Shown here: positions 46,001-58,377 of the stretch, in pieces
Position numbering within the stretch: position 1 is the first letter of the stretch
Layout: every line of letters begins with the position of its first letter
Source of the DNA: Haliotis cracherodii
Lineage: Eukaryota
DNA length: 64,000 bases
Assembly (NCBI RefSeq): GCF_022045235.1
Contig: NW_027266275.1
Coordinates: forward strand, 55,490,001 to 55,554,000
Direction: 5' to 3'
Notes under the pieces: model-generated
Told to the model about the DNA's origin: nothing
The model's input: the letters and a program-made list of their open reading frames with translations, nothing else
Databases searched by the model: none
Program-made: the position numbers and the translations under genes

Positions 46001-48191
46001 GGTTTGGTACTGACAAACCTAGAAACAGAATCAGGGCAAATCTGTGAATCGAACCCATGATCATTGATTTCAACCCCGCCCAAGTAACGGTTGCTACTCT
46101 GCACAGCGAAGTGAAACCCACATGCATGGGTTTGGTGCTGACAAACCTAGAAACAGAATCAGGGCAAATCTGCACAGCTGTGGCCACTGGTGCTCCAGTG
46201 TATAAGCCAAGACCTTTGGTACCCATGCAAGCTTAAAGATGCACCAGTTATGCATATGTTTGGTGCCTACTTCTTTCAATGTCTTTGTGGATCTTATCAA
46301 GAAAGATAAAGCAGATAGCCGAGTGCCTGTCTCTCTTGAGCACTGGTCTACAATTACATTAGGAAGACATGTTAAGCAGGTGTAGACAACAAGGATCTTG
46401 TGTATATAGACAGTACCAATGGTAGCAGCTGTTGCCATGGTTGCCAGGGTTGGATACTATTACTATTACCAATAATGAAATATGTTGAATATGTTTGTTT
46501 GAAGATATACACTAAGCAGAGAATATTCTATGTTATTATCATGTGGTTATTGATATCATACATTGAACTTTATTATATGCAGCAATGTGATCTGTACTAG
46601 TAAAACGCTTAATCCAAACTGTTGCTTGCTCTTACAATTTGTTTTGATGTTTAGCTAACCCCTGAACCAATTCTTACATAACTGGTCCATTTCACTTACC
46701 TCTTTAATCTGACGAATCTGTATGATCCGGGGTGGAACAGGTCTTCAGCAACCCATGCTTGCCGTAAATGGTGACTATGCTTGTCGTAAAAGGCGACTAA
46801 CGGGATCGGGTGGTCAGGCTCACGGACTTGGTTGATGCAGGTCATCGTATCCCAATTGCGTAGATCGATGCTCATGATGTCAATCACTGGATTGTCTGGT
46901 CCAGACGCGATTATTTACAGACCATCATCATATAGCTGGAATATTGTTCAGTGAGGAGTTAAACAACAAACAAACAAAACTTGTATCCTTATGATTTCTA
47001 CTATGATAAAATCTATGTAGTTTGAACATTGGGTAATGTGAAGGAACTCTTGACTTTCATGCTTTAGTTTGAACACTATATCGGGTTTATAAAGCATGAT
47101 ACTGACAGCAGTCTTTAACTTTAGCCCTTGGCCCTAAGCCCATGACTAATTTTATTCTTTTTGTTTGTGGTCAAGTAAGCTTTGTCCATAAGTTGACACT
47201 AAAATCTACTGGGAATGATGTCAAGTGACAAGTTTGGGCCAGTGGATTGAAATGTTTTGTCACTGACTGCTGTCAGTGCTGTAATTATAATAAAGCTCTC
47301 GGAATTTTGATCTGGTTTTGAAATGTCACTTGCTGTTGTGCAGCCATATCTGATTATAAGAATATGTTACAGTAATTAGATATCCAACAAGGATGTGTGA
47401 TCTCAGGAAGTGCAGTATCTCAAGTTATGGCAGGTTGTCTGTCATCAAGTGTTGCCTAAATTTACATCTCTGAAACTGCGTGTGTTGAAAACTGCACCTC
47501 CCAATGATGATATCTGCGGTAGTGTCATAAAAACCTGACCAAAATGAAATAAGATGATAAACATGGCAATATTGATATCCATATTTTAGATAATATTTCT
47601 TTAGTTTAAACATGAATGACATGTTTGAATATTTGACCCAATTGTTGTGTCACTGAAGCTATCAGTCTACTGTTAACATAGTTAGATACGTGCGTATTTG
47701 TTGCTTCTCCCAGATTACACTCGAGTTCAGGTGGGCTACAGTGCCATGGCACAATTTGTGACCCTGTGTTCATGGTGTTTCAGTCTGATTTTCTAACGTA
47801 AAGAATTTGTCCTTGACATCTTCCAGAAGAGAATAAGTACAAAATCCATATAATTTGAACTATAAAATGGTTTATGCAGTACAAAAGCACCCGCTTTCTG
47901 AAAAAAAACAATCAGTAGAGAATAACTATAAAATCTATATAATTTGAAGTATAACATTTTTTGTGCCACACAAATGCATCAAAGTGTCAGGTGATATTGT
48001 GCATTCAGCAATTTACCATGATTTATAATGATTTCAAAAGTTGTTAAAACACATGCTGTCATTAGGGAGTTATAAATAATTCTTCTAGTGGGCCAGCTCT
48101 AACAACATTATGTTGATCGATTTCAGGAGTTGAAGAAGGAGATCGACGATGTTACCACCGAGCTGGAAGGAATCGACATGGTGGAAGAGTT
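40048..48191 (+). CDS. CYTH: Cytohesin (Sec7/PH Arf-GEF) gene, 5' part: join of 40048-40099, 44277-44350, 48127-48191; presumably continues beyond the window
   Basis: Translation MTSAMVEHKHGEGFSLE-DLTPEEQQLLSSIREKKRQLLEEIQ-ELKKEIDDVTTELEGIDMVEE matches the cytohesin N-terminal coiled coil (DLTxEExxxLxxIRxxKxxLLxxIQxLKxEI); GT-AG junctions, phases 1,0,2. Confidence 0.85.
44277..44350 (+). CDS. CYTH: Cytohesin exon 2 (DLTPEEQQLLSSIREKKRQLLEEIQ)
   Basis: tttttgtttcag acceptor, CAG|gtatac donor; recognisable coiled-coil motif. Confidence 0.9.
44436..44574. mobile_element. Sister copy of the 5-bp-TSD MITE, inside a SINE tail
   Basis: tagaaattggcactagtc...aggactagtagaaatttgccatttt shared with 49356-49511; atttt duplicated at 44431-44435 and 44575-44579. 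Confidence 0.65.
45353..45459. mobile_element. Small palindromic MITE, possibly PIF/Harbinger-like
   Basis: ggtgctgttgtaca / tgtacaacggcacc termini with CAG on both sides. Confidence 0.45.
45495..46170. repeat. 128-bp tandem array (about 5 copies) derived from the inside of a family-D SINE
   Basis: Unit starts at 45623, 45751, 45879, 46007; reverse complement aligns with about 63614-63738. Confidence 0.9.
46715..46980 (+). mobile_element. Family-B SINE-like repeat
   Basis: Colinear with 48620-48892. Confidence 0.8.
48127..48191 (+). CDS. CYTH: Cytohesin exon 3 (ELKKEIDDVTTELEGIDMVEE)
   Basis: atttcag acceptor, TT|gtaagt donor; continues the heptad pattern. Confidence 0.88.
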
Positions 48192-48619
48192 GTAAGTTTT
48201 CTGTTTGTTTGGTAACTAGATCACATGAACACAAGGACTGGATTAGGTCTATGGTCTATTGTGATGTAATAATCTATTAGGATAAATGACAATGATGGAT
48301 TGTTTGAAAAAATGGAGAGAAAAACAACAAATGTTTTTAGATCTCCACCACCATATGTTCGTCCCTCGGTGGAATTCATGGGCCAGGAGTACCTTGTGTT
48401 TGTTGTGGAGAGACCCGGTTAGGTTAGGATAATCATACACGAAGTACACAAGTAGATGTTCATGCTATCAACCTCTAATTTGCCTCATCAGGGTTGAATT
48501 GTTCACAGGTGGTTGTTATGTGGCTGGAATATTGTTAACTACAGCTTCAAATAACATTACGTCACTCATAGGTCTAAGATTGTTTTGTGTTTTTGTGCAA
48601 TCAGTTTAGCAATGCTTGA

Positions 48620-48892
48620 GACCCGTGAAGATCCGGGGTAGAATAGGTCTTCAGCAACCCATGCTTGCCGTAAAAGGCCACTATGCTTGTCGTAAGAGGC
48701 TACTAACGGGATTGGGTGGTCAGGCTCGCTGACTTGGTTGATGCATGTCATTGTATCCCAATTGCATGGATCGATGCTCATGATATCAATCACTGGATTG
48801 TCTGGTCCAGACTCGATTATTTTACAGACCGCCATCATATAGCTGGAATGTTATTGCTGAGTGTGGCGTTAAACAACAAACCAACCAACCAA
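48620..48892 (+). mobile_element. Family-B SINE-like repeat (about 270 bp, no tRNA head)
   Basis: Homologous copies at about 2130-2362, 2555-2745, 28900-29080 and 46715-46980; tail gctggaatattgctgagtgcggcgttaaacaacaaac. Confidence 0.8.
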
Positions 48893-49355
48893 GTAAGGCT
48901 TAAATTTGCATGTCATATGATTTATTGGTATTATATTTCTGTAAGACAGTCATGGTATAAAGACATGAACACATGTTATGGTTGTAAACACGGTGACTGT
49001 GTGCAATGTGACTCTTCATACAGAGTATTGATTGCCAAGCTCTGACTGCACATGCTTACTGAAGTGTGGAGACATCTGTCCTGGGTAGTTCTCCTATACA
49101 ATAACACTTTGGGAAATGTAACACATGGTACATTTATGACACAATGAATGACTAAAAGATAACACATGCATGACAACACGTTATTCAGGAAAAGATTGTG
49201 CATGATAACACGTTATGTAGTGTTACGTTATACATTAATCTCATGACCTGAGGGGCAGAATTTGAGAAATTCTACCCTGTGGTCTTATTAAATTTTTAAT
49301 GTCTGATATAAAGGGTTTGTTTAAAATCCTCATTATGATTAGTTACCCCAAAGCA

Positions 49356-49511
49356 CAGTGTTAGAAATTGGCACTAGTCCTATAGTCCTTGCCAAACTAC
49401 CCAATGGTTAAGGTATCATAAGGACTAGTAGAAATTTGCCATTTTTACTGGTTTTTCTTCATGTCATCATTATAAGGACTAGTGGAGTAACACTGTTAGT
49501 TTCTACCGCTG
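49356..49511. mobile_element. About 150-bp MITE with CAG...CTG termini and 5-bp TSD
   Basis: cagtgttagaaa / tttctaccgctg flanked by aagca on both sides; sister copy at 44436-44574. Confidence 0.65.
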
Positions 49512-49667
49512 AAGCATCGTCCAGATTTGATCATTTTCAGGTGGTCGTCATATAGTAGGACTCTTGCTGAGTGCGGAGTTCTCAACATCAAACAAGCACA
49601 CAAACAAAAAAACAAAAAAACAAATAGTAGAACACAGTCAGCAGTGTTCCAATATAATGGGGTCAAC

Positions 49668-50545
49668 ATGACATTGTAAGGTATTAAATCACGGTAACAA
49701 ACCCAACATTTAAACAGGACCAAACCATGTGAACAACAGCATGACAATATAAGGTGTCAAATCAATGTAACAAACCCTGTACGTTAATTGGACAAAACCA
49801 TGACAAGAAGTACAACTGCATGACATTGTAAGGTATTAAATCAGAGTAACAAACCCAACATTTAAATGTGAACAACAGCATGACAATTTAAGGTATCAAA
49901 TCAATGTAACAAACCCTGTACGTTAATTGGACAAAACCATGACAAGAAGTACAACTGCATGACATTGTAAGGTATTAAATCAGAGTAACAAACCCAACAT
50001 TTAAATGTGAACAACAGCATGACAATATAAGGTGTCAAATCAATGTAACAAACCCTGTACGTTAATTGGACAAAACCATGACAAGAAGTACAACTGCATG
50101 ACATTGTAAGGTATTAAATCAGAGTAACAAACCCAACATTTAAATGTGAACAACAGCATGACAATTTAAGGTATCAAATCAATGTAACAAACCCTGTACG
50201 TTAATTGGACAAAACCATGACAAGAAGTACAACTGCATGACATTGTAAGGTATTAAATCAGAGTAACAAACCCAACATTTAAATGTGAACAACAGCATGA
50301 CAATATAAGGTATCAAATCAGAGTAACAAACCCTGTACGTTAATTGGACAAAACCATGACAAGAAGTACAACTGCATGACAATGTAAGGAATTAAATCAG
50401 AGTAACAAACCCAATATGTAAACAGGACCAAACCACGTGAACAACCGCATAATAATGAAAGGTATCAAATCAGAGTAACAAACCCTGTATGTTAAAAGGA
50501 CAAAACCATGACAGCAAGTTCCAGAACATGACAATGTAAGTAATC
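49668..50545. repeat. 139-bp tandem repeat built from two related subunits, about 5-6 copies
   Basis: ORFs 49901 and 50179 offset by 278 = 2 x 139; catgaca...aaggt.t.aaatca..gtaacaaaccc occurs twice per unit. Confidence 0.9.
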
Positions 50546-51204
50546 AAATCAATTTTTATCTTGAAAGTGACCCATGGTTTGATAAATCTGTCTCTAATGC
50601 TCATTCTCTGAAGCCTCAACACCATTTGCAATATGGTAATTCTCAGAAAAAGTTTGATGCTGGGTGTTATGATTTCTGTTAGAATCATCACCGGATTAAG
50701 TTGTTAGGTAACGGATGTGTAGCCAGATTTGAGACCACCGCAGTGTTGGATGGTTGTAGCAGTGGTCTGACATTGGCTATATATAGGGGGTGGTATTAGG
50801 ACATAGGTATGTTTACATCCGTGAGTGGCCAGGGTTATTTATGCCGCTAGATTCTCGCCTCAGTTACTCACCACACAGATGAAGTGGCTGCCATTTTCTG
50901 GCACTCTGTCAAAAGCAGTGAAGTCATCACTTACAGTAATTTCAGTGGTCTACCTTCAACCAATTGAATACATCTGTGAATCATGCCGTGGTTGCTGGCT
51001 AAAAGACGTTTTTGTTCACTGGTTGTGTCTAAAAAAGTAATGAAGTGAATGTAAAAAAAGCATCAGTTAATGTGTATTGTCTGTGTTAAAGAGAGTGGTG
51101 TTGAAAAAGTAGCTTTCTCCATTTAGATGAATCTGTCCTGTATTAAGATAATGTGATGTGTTTGCTTTTAAGAACTAATGGGGGACCCAGTTGTCTAAGT
51201 GTGT

Positions 51205-51660
51205 GAGTGAGTGAGTCGGCTTCAATGCTGCTTCGAACAGTATTCCAGTTATATTAGACCATGTCAGTTTAATGTGGGAAGAAAGTCTGAGGTGATGTAG
51301 GTCTCAGATGTTTACCAGTTTAGAAAAATCTACGAGAAATGGGTACTGGGCTGACAAGCCAAGAAACATAACCAGCGTGAACCGGGATTCGAATCCACAA
51401 TCATAGGTGTCTGGTGTGCCCAAGAGATGCAACTCTGCATAGCAATTGCGGTGCCTTTGATGACTGGGCCATCATGGGTTCGAATCCTGATTTGCCTTCA
51501 GTATTGTTGCATGGATTGTTAGCGCCATACCCGTGCTTGTTGGTTTCTCAAAAGTGGTAAACTTTCAAGACCTTTCCTCTCACATCAAGCTGAAACACCA
51601 TGATATAACTTTATTATTGTTTAACATGTTTAAAGTGGTGTGAAACCAAACTCACTCAGT
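51205..51660. mobile_element. Two family-D SINEs in head-to-head inverted orientation (minus 51205-51470, plus 51471-51660)
   Basis: Both align by eye with 63582-63860. Confidence 0.75.
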
Positions 51661-53791
51661 TTTTCAGAAATAGGGAGGAAAACAATGACTTCTAAACATG
51701 CTAAAGTATAAATTTGATCTTGCACCGGAATTCTAATGCTGACCGGATCATATTTCATTTAAGTCAAATACAACATGATGGCACTTGGCATTTGAGTGCA
51801 TGACATTTGGTGGGACAGATAAAAATTATCAGATTAAATACTACACTGCATAATTAACTCTCTTTAGCCCCAAATTATCAGTTTTATGTTTCTAAGAATA
51901 GACTGTTTTCCCATTGTATTCAAATTTTCATAAGATACAGATTTAGTTTTTGCTTTAACCAATAATTAAGATTTCATTTTGGTTTTAGATATTTTTATTA
52001 TATATCAACCATAAGAGTAGAGAAATAGATGAAGACTTAGTAATTAATGCCATCTTCCAAGTCTCATTCTGCCTAGCAAAGCTCTTATGTCAGTGACGAC
52101 ACGACCTCATAACTTTCTCCCATCCCCAATTGGAGCTAAATAATATCTGAATTTAGCCATAGTGAAGTGTGTTTCCAAGACAACAACAGCTGTGAGGATG
52201 TGCACAAGAGGGAAGCCATTCCCATCCCAGCTTGGTTTATTCTAGTCTTGCTTTAAGTTTTCTTAAATTATATCAGTGAGCCACATGTGTGCATATCAGG
52301 AGACTTTGTCGAAACATATTCCGGGGATATTTGGGGAGTCTTTCTTACAGACCCTTGAGCATATTTTCTATTAAACAATAATCCCCTTTCCTCTTCTTAT
52401 CCCATCCCAGCTCTAGCAGTCGTACTTGAATTTGCTCCAGGAAATAAAGTGACTTGAGAGTTTCAAAATACTTTTAGCTTCCTTCATTGAATTATTTTTA
52501 TTTGAACTTATACCTAAGTCTATTTTGGAGACTATACGCTTGTCTAGTGGTCAGGTTACATTTGCCCAAATCACTTCAGTGAAACATCCATGCCACATAG
52601 TAAGTAAAACGATTTTATTGAGAATTTTATTGATGGCCAAAGCTAAGTTGATCTGAAAGCTTGTCCCAAAATGTAAAGAATCCACAATCACTCCGGTGTT
52701 GTTAATCTACTTTCAACTTCTTAGCATTAAGTTAATCTTCTTTTTTCCTTTGAAAAGATCCTTTATATATTTAAAATCCTGAAATACTTTGTTGTGTATG
52801 ATGTAACACTATATATTATCATAAGCAGCTTATTCCCCATAAGTTTGATTTAACAAACTGTTGCCCTTGACAAAAAATTATCTTGTGAGTAAATAATCAT
52901 TATAATCCCATCAAATGAACAGTGTCAAAATTTTAAAATATTAATAAGTAGCTGAAAAAGACGCCTCTAAAATTAGATTGACATGTTTAACAATGTAAAA
53001 AGTGAACTTTACATTTCCAATTGAAATAGATGAATACATAAAATTGAGAAGTTTGGTGACTGGTGTCTCTGTGTGTGCCGCAAACTGTTGCCAGCTGTGG
53101 TGGAGCATAACCTGCAATCTTCAGCATCTTGGCCCCTCTCTTCCATCAGCATCTTAGGCTGCGGTGCATGACGTTCCACCCTGCACAGTAGGGAGAGGAA
53201 GAAAATTCTTAATAATGAGCTTTGCAGGGATAATGTTTGAAGTGGGGGCCTGATATTAGAAACATAGGTGAAATTGTGTTATTGGATGGAGTTTCTTTCT
53301 GTAATGGAGAAAACACTATGGGTGAAATAGGATACACTTGTAAGGTTCCAGCAAACTTTAAAATAGTGCAGTCAGTTGACTTGCACAGGTCTCCAAAGTA
53401 AAGATTATTAGTTTAATTAATAATTTCTAGGTTATATAGATAATAAGAACAATTTCCCGTTAGTACTGTACTGTCCGCCTATCCAGACTTGCCTATTATA
53501 AGGATAGAGTTACTAAACATCCATGGACTTATCATTCAGTACAGACTTGGAGCAAGGCAGTGCAGTCAGCTGAGTTGATATATGAAGTGGGAGGGTGAGG
53601 GTCTTGATTGTTATCAGGAATGATGATTAAGCATGCACCAATGCGTGATGTCAAATTCATTATTATTCATAGAGTGGTCATGACAGGGATCTGAAAATGA
53701 TGATAATCTATGAGAATTGAACAGTAATTAATCGATAATCTTTATCATGGTTATCATTTAGAATAAAAACATTTCGTTGGTTGCAGTGATA

Positions 53792-54501
53792 CAGTCGTGC
53801 CCCGCTTATACGGACTTCAGATATCCGGAAACCTCGGTTCCCGGACGATTTTCATTCAAAACGAAATAATTACTATATAAATTTACCCGTATATCCGGAA
53901 ATTCAGTTTCCGGAACCGGACGGTCATTTTCATACACAAAACACTGAAATGCACTCAAAATTGTCTCACTTATCCGGACAGTACACTTCCGCTGGTGGTA
54001 ATATCTTTGATTCGTGAGATGTCAATTAACCAAGTGACACTGAGTTACGTTTGAGACGAGCTTGATTATTGTACATGTAATCCCCTTCGATAAATATGGC
54101 GTCTGTGGAGGTCAGAGGTCAAAGTTGAACTTCATTACGTATTACGAGAACATTACGAGGCACTGTTTTATATCTAGGGATTAAGATTACCTTGTGTATT
54201 TTCTCGTAAACTAAGCCGGAAACAGCAATCAGCTGTACACACGTTTTCTTGGAATCGACCGGTGATTAGGTAAAGACACACCCAATGATATAACTTTATA
54301 GGATTTTAAATGCAAGGATCGACAACAATTGTATCTGAAACTATTTTTTTTTATCAGGAATAATATATTCCATTATTTTCTTAATTATATGCAGCCTGAA
54401 GTAACTCTTCCAGTAAGAAGCTGGTTTCAGTTATACGGAAATTCGTTTATACGGACGAATTGTGAAATGACGCAAGTGTCCGTATAAACGAGGCACGACT
54501 G
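53792..54501. mobile_element. Tc1/mariner-superfamily (pogo/Tigger-like) non-autonomous element
   Basis: TIRs cagtcgtgccccgcttatacggac / gtccgtataaacgaggcacgactg; TA on both sides; subterminal tat(c/a)cgga repeats; no transposase ORF. Confidence 0.85.
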
Positions 54502-57500
54502 TATATCAAATTATGTTTTAAGAGCCAATGTTAATGAATTTATTATTTTGATTTAGAAAAAGGTATTATTCAGTGCTCCCGTTTACCGGTAATTGCCAGT
54601 TTTGTGACGGTAAAATTAGGCTTGGACTGGTAATTCATGAGACAGCAAGTCCCTGTGGATCAGCAAATAAAGTACAGCTTGTTAGTTACCATCAGGGTTT
54701 CCCGTTGTCTATTTCCAGTGCAAGGAAACAACATTTTGCGTTGCTTTGAGGTTAAATATGTATTTGTAGTGACATATTCTCGAAATATTCAAAGAAAAAG
54801 GAGAAGATTGTGACTGACCTTTGTGGGAATGACGTGTAGATCTAACTAAGTTACTTCAGAGATGATGTCCATGCAATCGAACATGATGTTAAAAGAATTT
54901 AAACCAGGTCATATTCATGAGGGTTCTTTATTTGTTGAAAGTTGGGACTGACAAAAATTAGGGAGGACTGGTAATTTTTAGAGTTGCCAGTCCACCAGGA
55001 CTGCCAGTATCAAAAACCAGCGGGAACATGATTATGATACAGTATCTGCAATATCCTTCCTAACAGCTAAGTGTAAATTTGAAGTTCTAAAGGGGATATG
55101 TCAACATGTGTCAAGTGCAAGAGAAAAGCATTTCTGTCTTAACCGTTTGTCATAATAACCTAGGGTTTATTACAGCATAGGGATATGATGTGATCACATC
55201 TGTCGAGACAGGCACTACATAATACATAAAAAGTAAACAACAACAGAAGCTTTTTATTCCTAGAAATACTTTCAGTTTCCTTTTATTTTAAGTCAGAGAA
55301 AGAGGTCTTTTGCCTGTATACTCTCATACCATTTTATACAGTGATCATAAGGGGAGGTAATCTATTGGTGTTAACATGGGCAGGACATCATTGAGTTGAC
55401 TGACCTTTTAGGACAATATGTATTATATGTAGTCAACGACTAAATCCACAATCTCTTTGCTCCAATGACCATAATAAAAATTCATATTATTACACTAATA
55501 TGTAAAAAGAATATGATACTTTGGGCCAAGTTTGTGTGAGTAGACTCAAAAAGTTTCGTGAACAGGTGATTTTTTGTTAAAATATATGTGCTGTAAAACA
55601 TACCTACTGAGCATGAGGTGTGTTTTTTTCTGAAAGTTTTTTACACAAGGGAAGACAACTAAACATATTTCAGTGGCATGGTTACATATTATGCTCTCAC
55701 ACTTACAAGGACTAAGAAAAGTCTTATCAGCAATGTTACTCTTTCAGAAATGAAAAACAAACCATTTTACGGATACCCAAGTTATGACTTTTCTGTATAG
55801 ATTCATGTAAACATTCTTGAACAATGACCGATTGTAATTAATGCATGGCTATAGGAGGTTACATAATGTCATCTATCACTGAACAGGGAATGCTCATTGA
55901 CAGTCATGACACAATCTGCTACATTAATTACAAGAGATAAGGCCAGTCATGACAGCATGGTCAGCCATTGACAGGTCTGTTCAGGATGCTGAGTTTGCTG
56001 ACCCGTCCACAGTCAGGACAGTTGTTTGTGTATACTGGGACAGTTATGATGGGATTCTGTATACAGGTGTGAGTATGTTGTACTGTTCGTAGGTACACGA
56101 ATTATGCAGTTCATACTCATAGTTATGTGGGTTAACTAGCCTTTGACATTCATGCAAATCTACTGGCCCAAGACTACTGTGCTTGGGACAATGAAAAATC
56201 CATTGATGGTATTCCTCAATGATAAGTAACTTTTGATATTTTTTATTATTTGTAGATGCATTTTTTATGTCAAATCTGCCTGCTAGGCAATCTGCAAACT
56301 CTGAGGACAGATGAAATATGTTTTGTACAAGTGCATAGTTTTAAGGATGTTGACAATTGTTATTTCAGTGACACTTGCAGTGGTATATATACTTGTCCTT
56401 CTCTGTAAGCTGGTTCAGATATCTCTAAACGAAAGCCGTATTTTGTAAATTTTAAATCATGGATGTCATGAAAAATGGTTTTGTAAATGAAAAAAATAAA
56501 AATGTGTTCGTCTCACTGTTTCAGTGATAAAGATTGTATTGTCTTGTCACTTTAATTAGTGCTTGAAAAAATATTCTTTCGACTCCCCACCCCTGATTAT
56601 AAAATAGTTGGTCCCTAAGCATGATAAGTATGTATAATTAGATATCACCTAGTGAATGCCACATATTCAAAGAATTCGGAATTTAAAGTCATGCTGATAA
56701 CACCAGAATTTACCAATGTCCCAAACTGACCAATCAGCCTGTGTGGTTATCACATTACTGTCTCCCACACTGAGTGCCCTTGCCAGTGCTAATGTCCCAT
56801 TACGTGAAGGAGTATTTTAGCCATGATCGTTGATAACCTGTGTCCCCTGGGTCATACAGCATGAAAACTCCCCTGCCTTTCCCTCCAGAAACATACTGCA
56901 CATGTGTTGCCTCAGCTTACTTCTGTGAGGTGGACCAGGCCATTGTCTGGAAGGGGTGTTGGGATGCTCTCTCATTGTAGGCGGTAATATATCACAGAGA
57001 ATAGCAGGCTTTCATTCACTGTTCCCCTTTCAGGGCTGAAGTTGAGCACAGAGGAGGACTACATATACTTATATCATGGTACAGTCCATCTGCTGACAGG
57101 GACCATCTCAAAATTATTTTTAATTTTAAACTAAATCACTGTTTCCAGATGGAATCATTTCTGTTAAGTTCAAAGGAAATATGAGATTGCAAATTAAGAA
57201 AGTCAATGGTCCATTTTAGAAAACAATTTGTTTGAAAATCCATTTAAAACTTCTTTTTTTAATGTGCTATCAATCAATCTCAAAATTAGATGACTTTCAA
57301 CTGGAAAAGTGCTGGCCCAGTGGTATGAGGCAAAAATTCCAGGAACTTGTTGTAGGTTTGAATCCCAGACCTTCTCATAATTATGATCTTTGGCTTGTCT
57401 GTGCCATGCCCATGCCTGCTTGAGGGCTTCACCAAATTCAGATGTCTACTACCTGCCTCAATTATGTATTTTCCCTGACATTGAAGTCTCACCATCGTAA

Positions 57501-58214
57501 TGTGATTAAAATACTGGTTCAACTGCGAAAGCAATCACTTTCTGACGTCCTTGTCAGTTAGACATACTTTAAAGTTTTGAAACCCAGCGTGAATGTGAGT
57601 TTATGTGAGGATGTATCATGAAACATTTCCTCAACGTTTGCATCCTGTGCCCAGTATACAAGGTACACTCATCGATTGGTGACTTGGCTGACCGTAACCC
57701 CTCTTTGAAGATGATCAGTACAGGAGCTCTTGCATTCTGGTCATTTGTCAGTCCTGTGTGCATTTAGATCCGTATTCAAGGAAAACATGCTGTCACAATG
57801 AGTCAGTTTGTTGGTGAATAAAGTTAAATTTCTACAATTTGTCGCAAAGGAAAAGTTTATTTCCATGCAGGAAATCCTTGTCTGGTTTGCCACATGATGT
57901 TGTGCCTTCTGATGCTACGTAAACAAAGGATGAAAAATGACACTGTTTCTGCTGCTATGAGGTGAAAAACCAACATTGTAATTCAACAATTATTAAAGAC
58001 ACAGGCATTATTTTAAATTTGTTGTGAAAATGCTGTTTTCCTGTGAAATTTGGGAATCTTTGATGCTTTTGAATTAATTTTGGCAGATAGAAACAATGTT
58101 TGAAAATGTGTTCAGAAAGACAGAACTATGAATGAATAAAACATAATCCTTTTTTAACATGTGCTAAGTGCTTTCAATTTGTACATGTCTAGTCAGTATT
58201 TCACTGTTATGGTT

Positions 58215-58377
58215 GGGGGCGGTCGGTTAGCCTAGTGGTTAAAGCGTCTGCTCTTTGTGCCGAAGACACGGGTTCGATTTCCGACATGGGTACAATGTGT
58301 GAATCCCATTTCTGGTGTCCCCTGCCATGATATTGCTGGAATATTGCTAAAAGCGGCGTTAAACCATACTCACTCTC
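58215..58377 (+). mobile_element. Family-A tRNA-derived SINE, full length
   Basis: tagcctagtggttaaagcg A box, gggttcgattt B box, shared tail ending in actcactc. Confidence 0.85.

Noticed and set aside
49354-49360. CACAGTG (RSS/Transib heptamer) at the MITE left end
   Set aside because: No matching CACTGTG at the right end and absent from the sister copy; chance overlap with the TSD
58215-58290. tRNA-like sequences here and at 150, 33400, 60826 and 63582
   Set aside because: Degenerate heads attached to a common SINE body and tail; not functional tRNA genes
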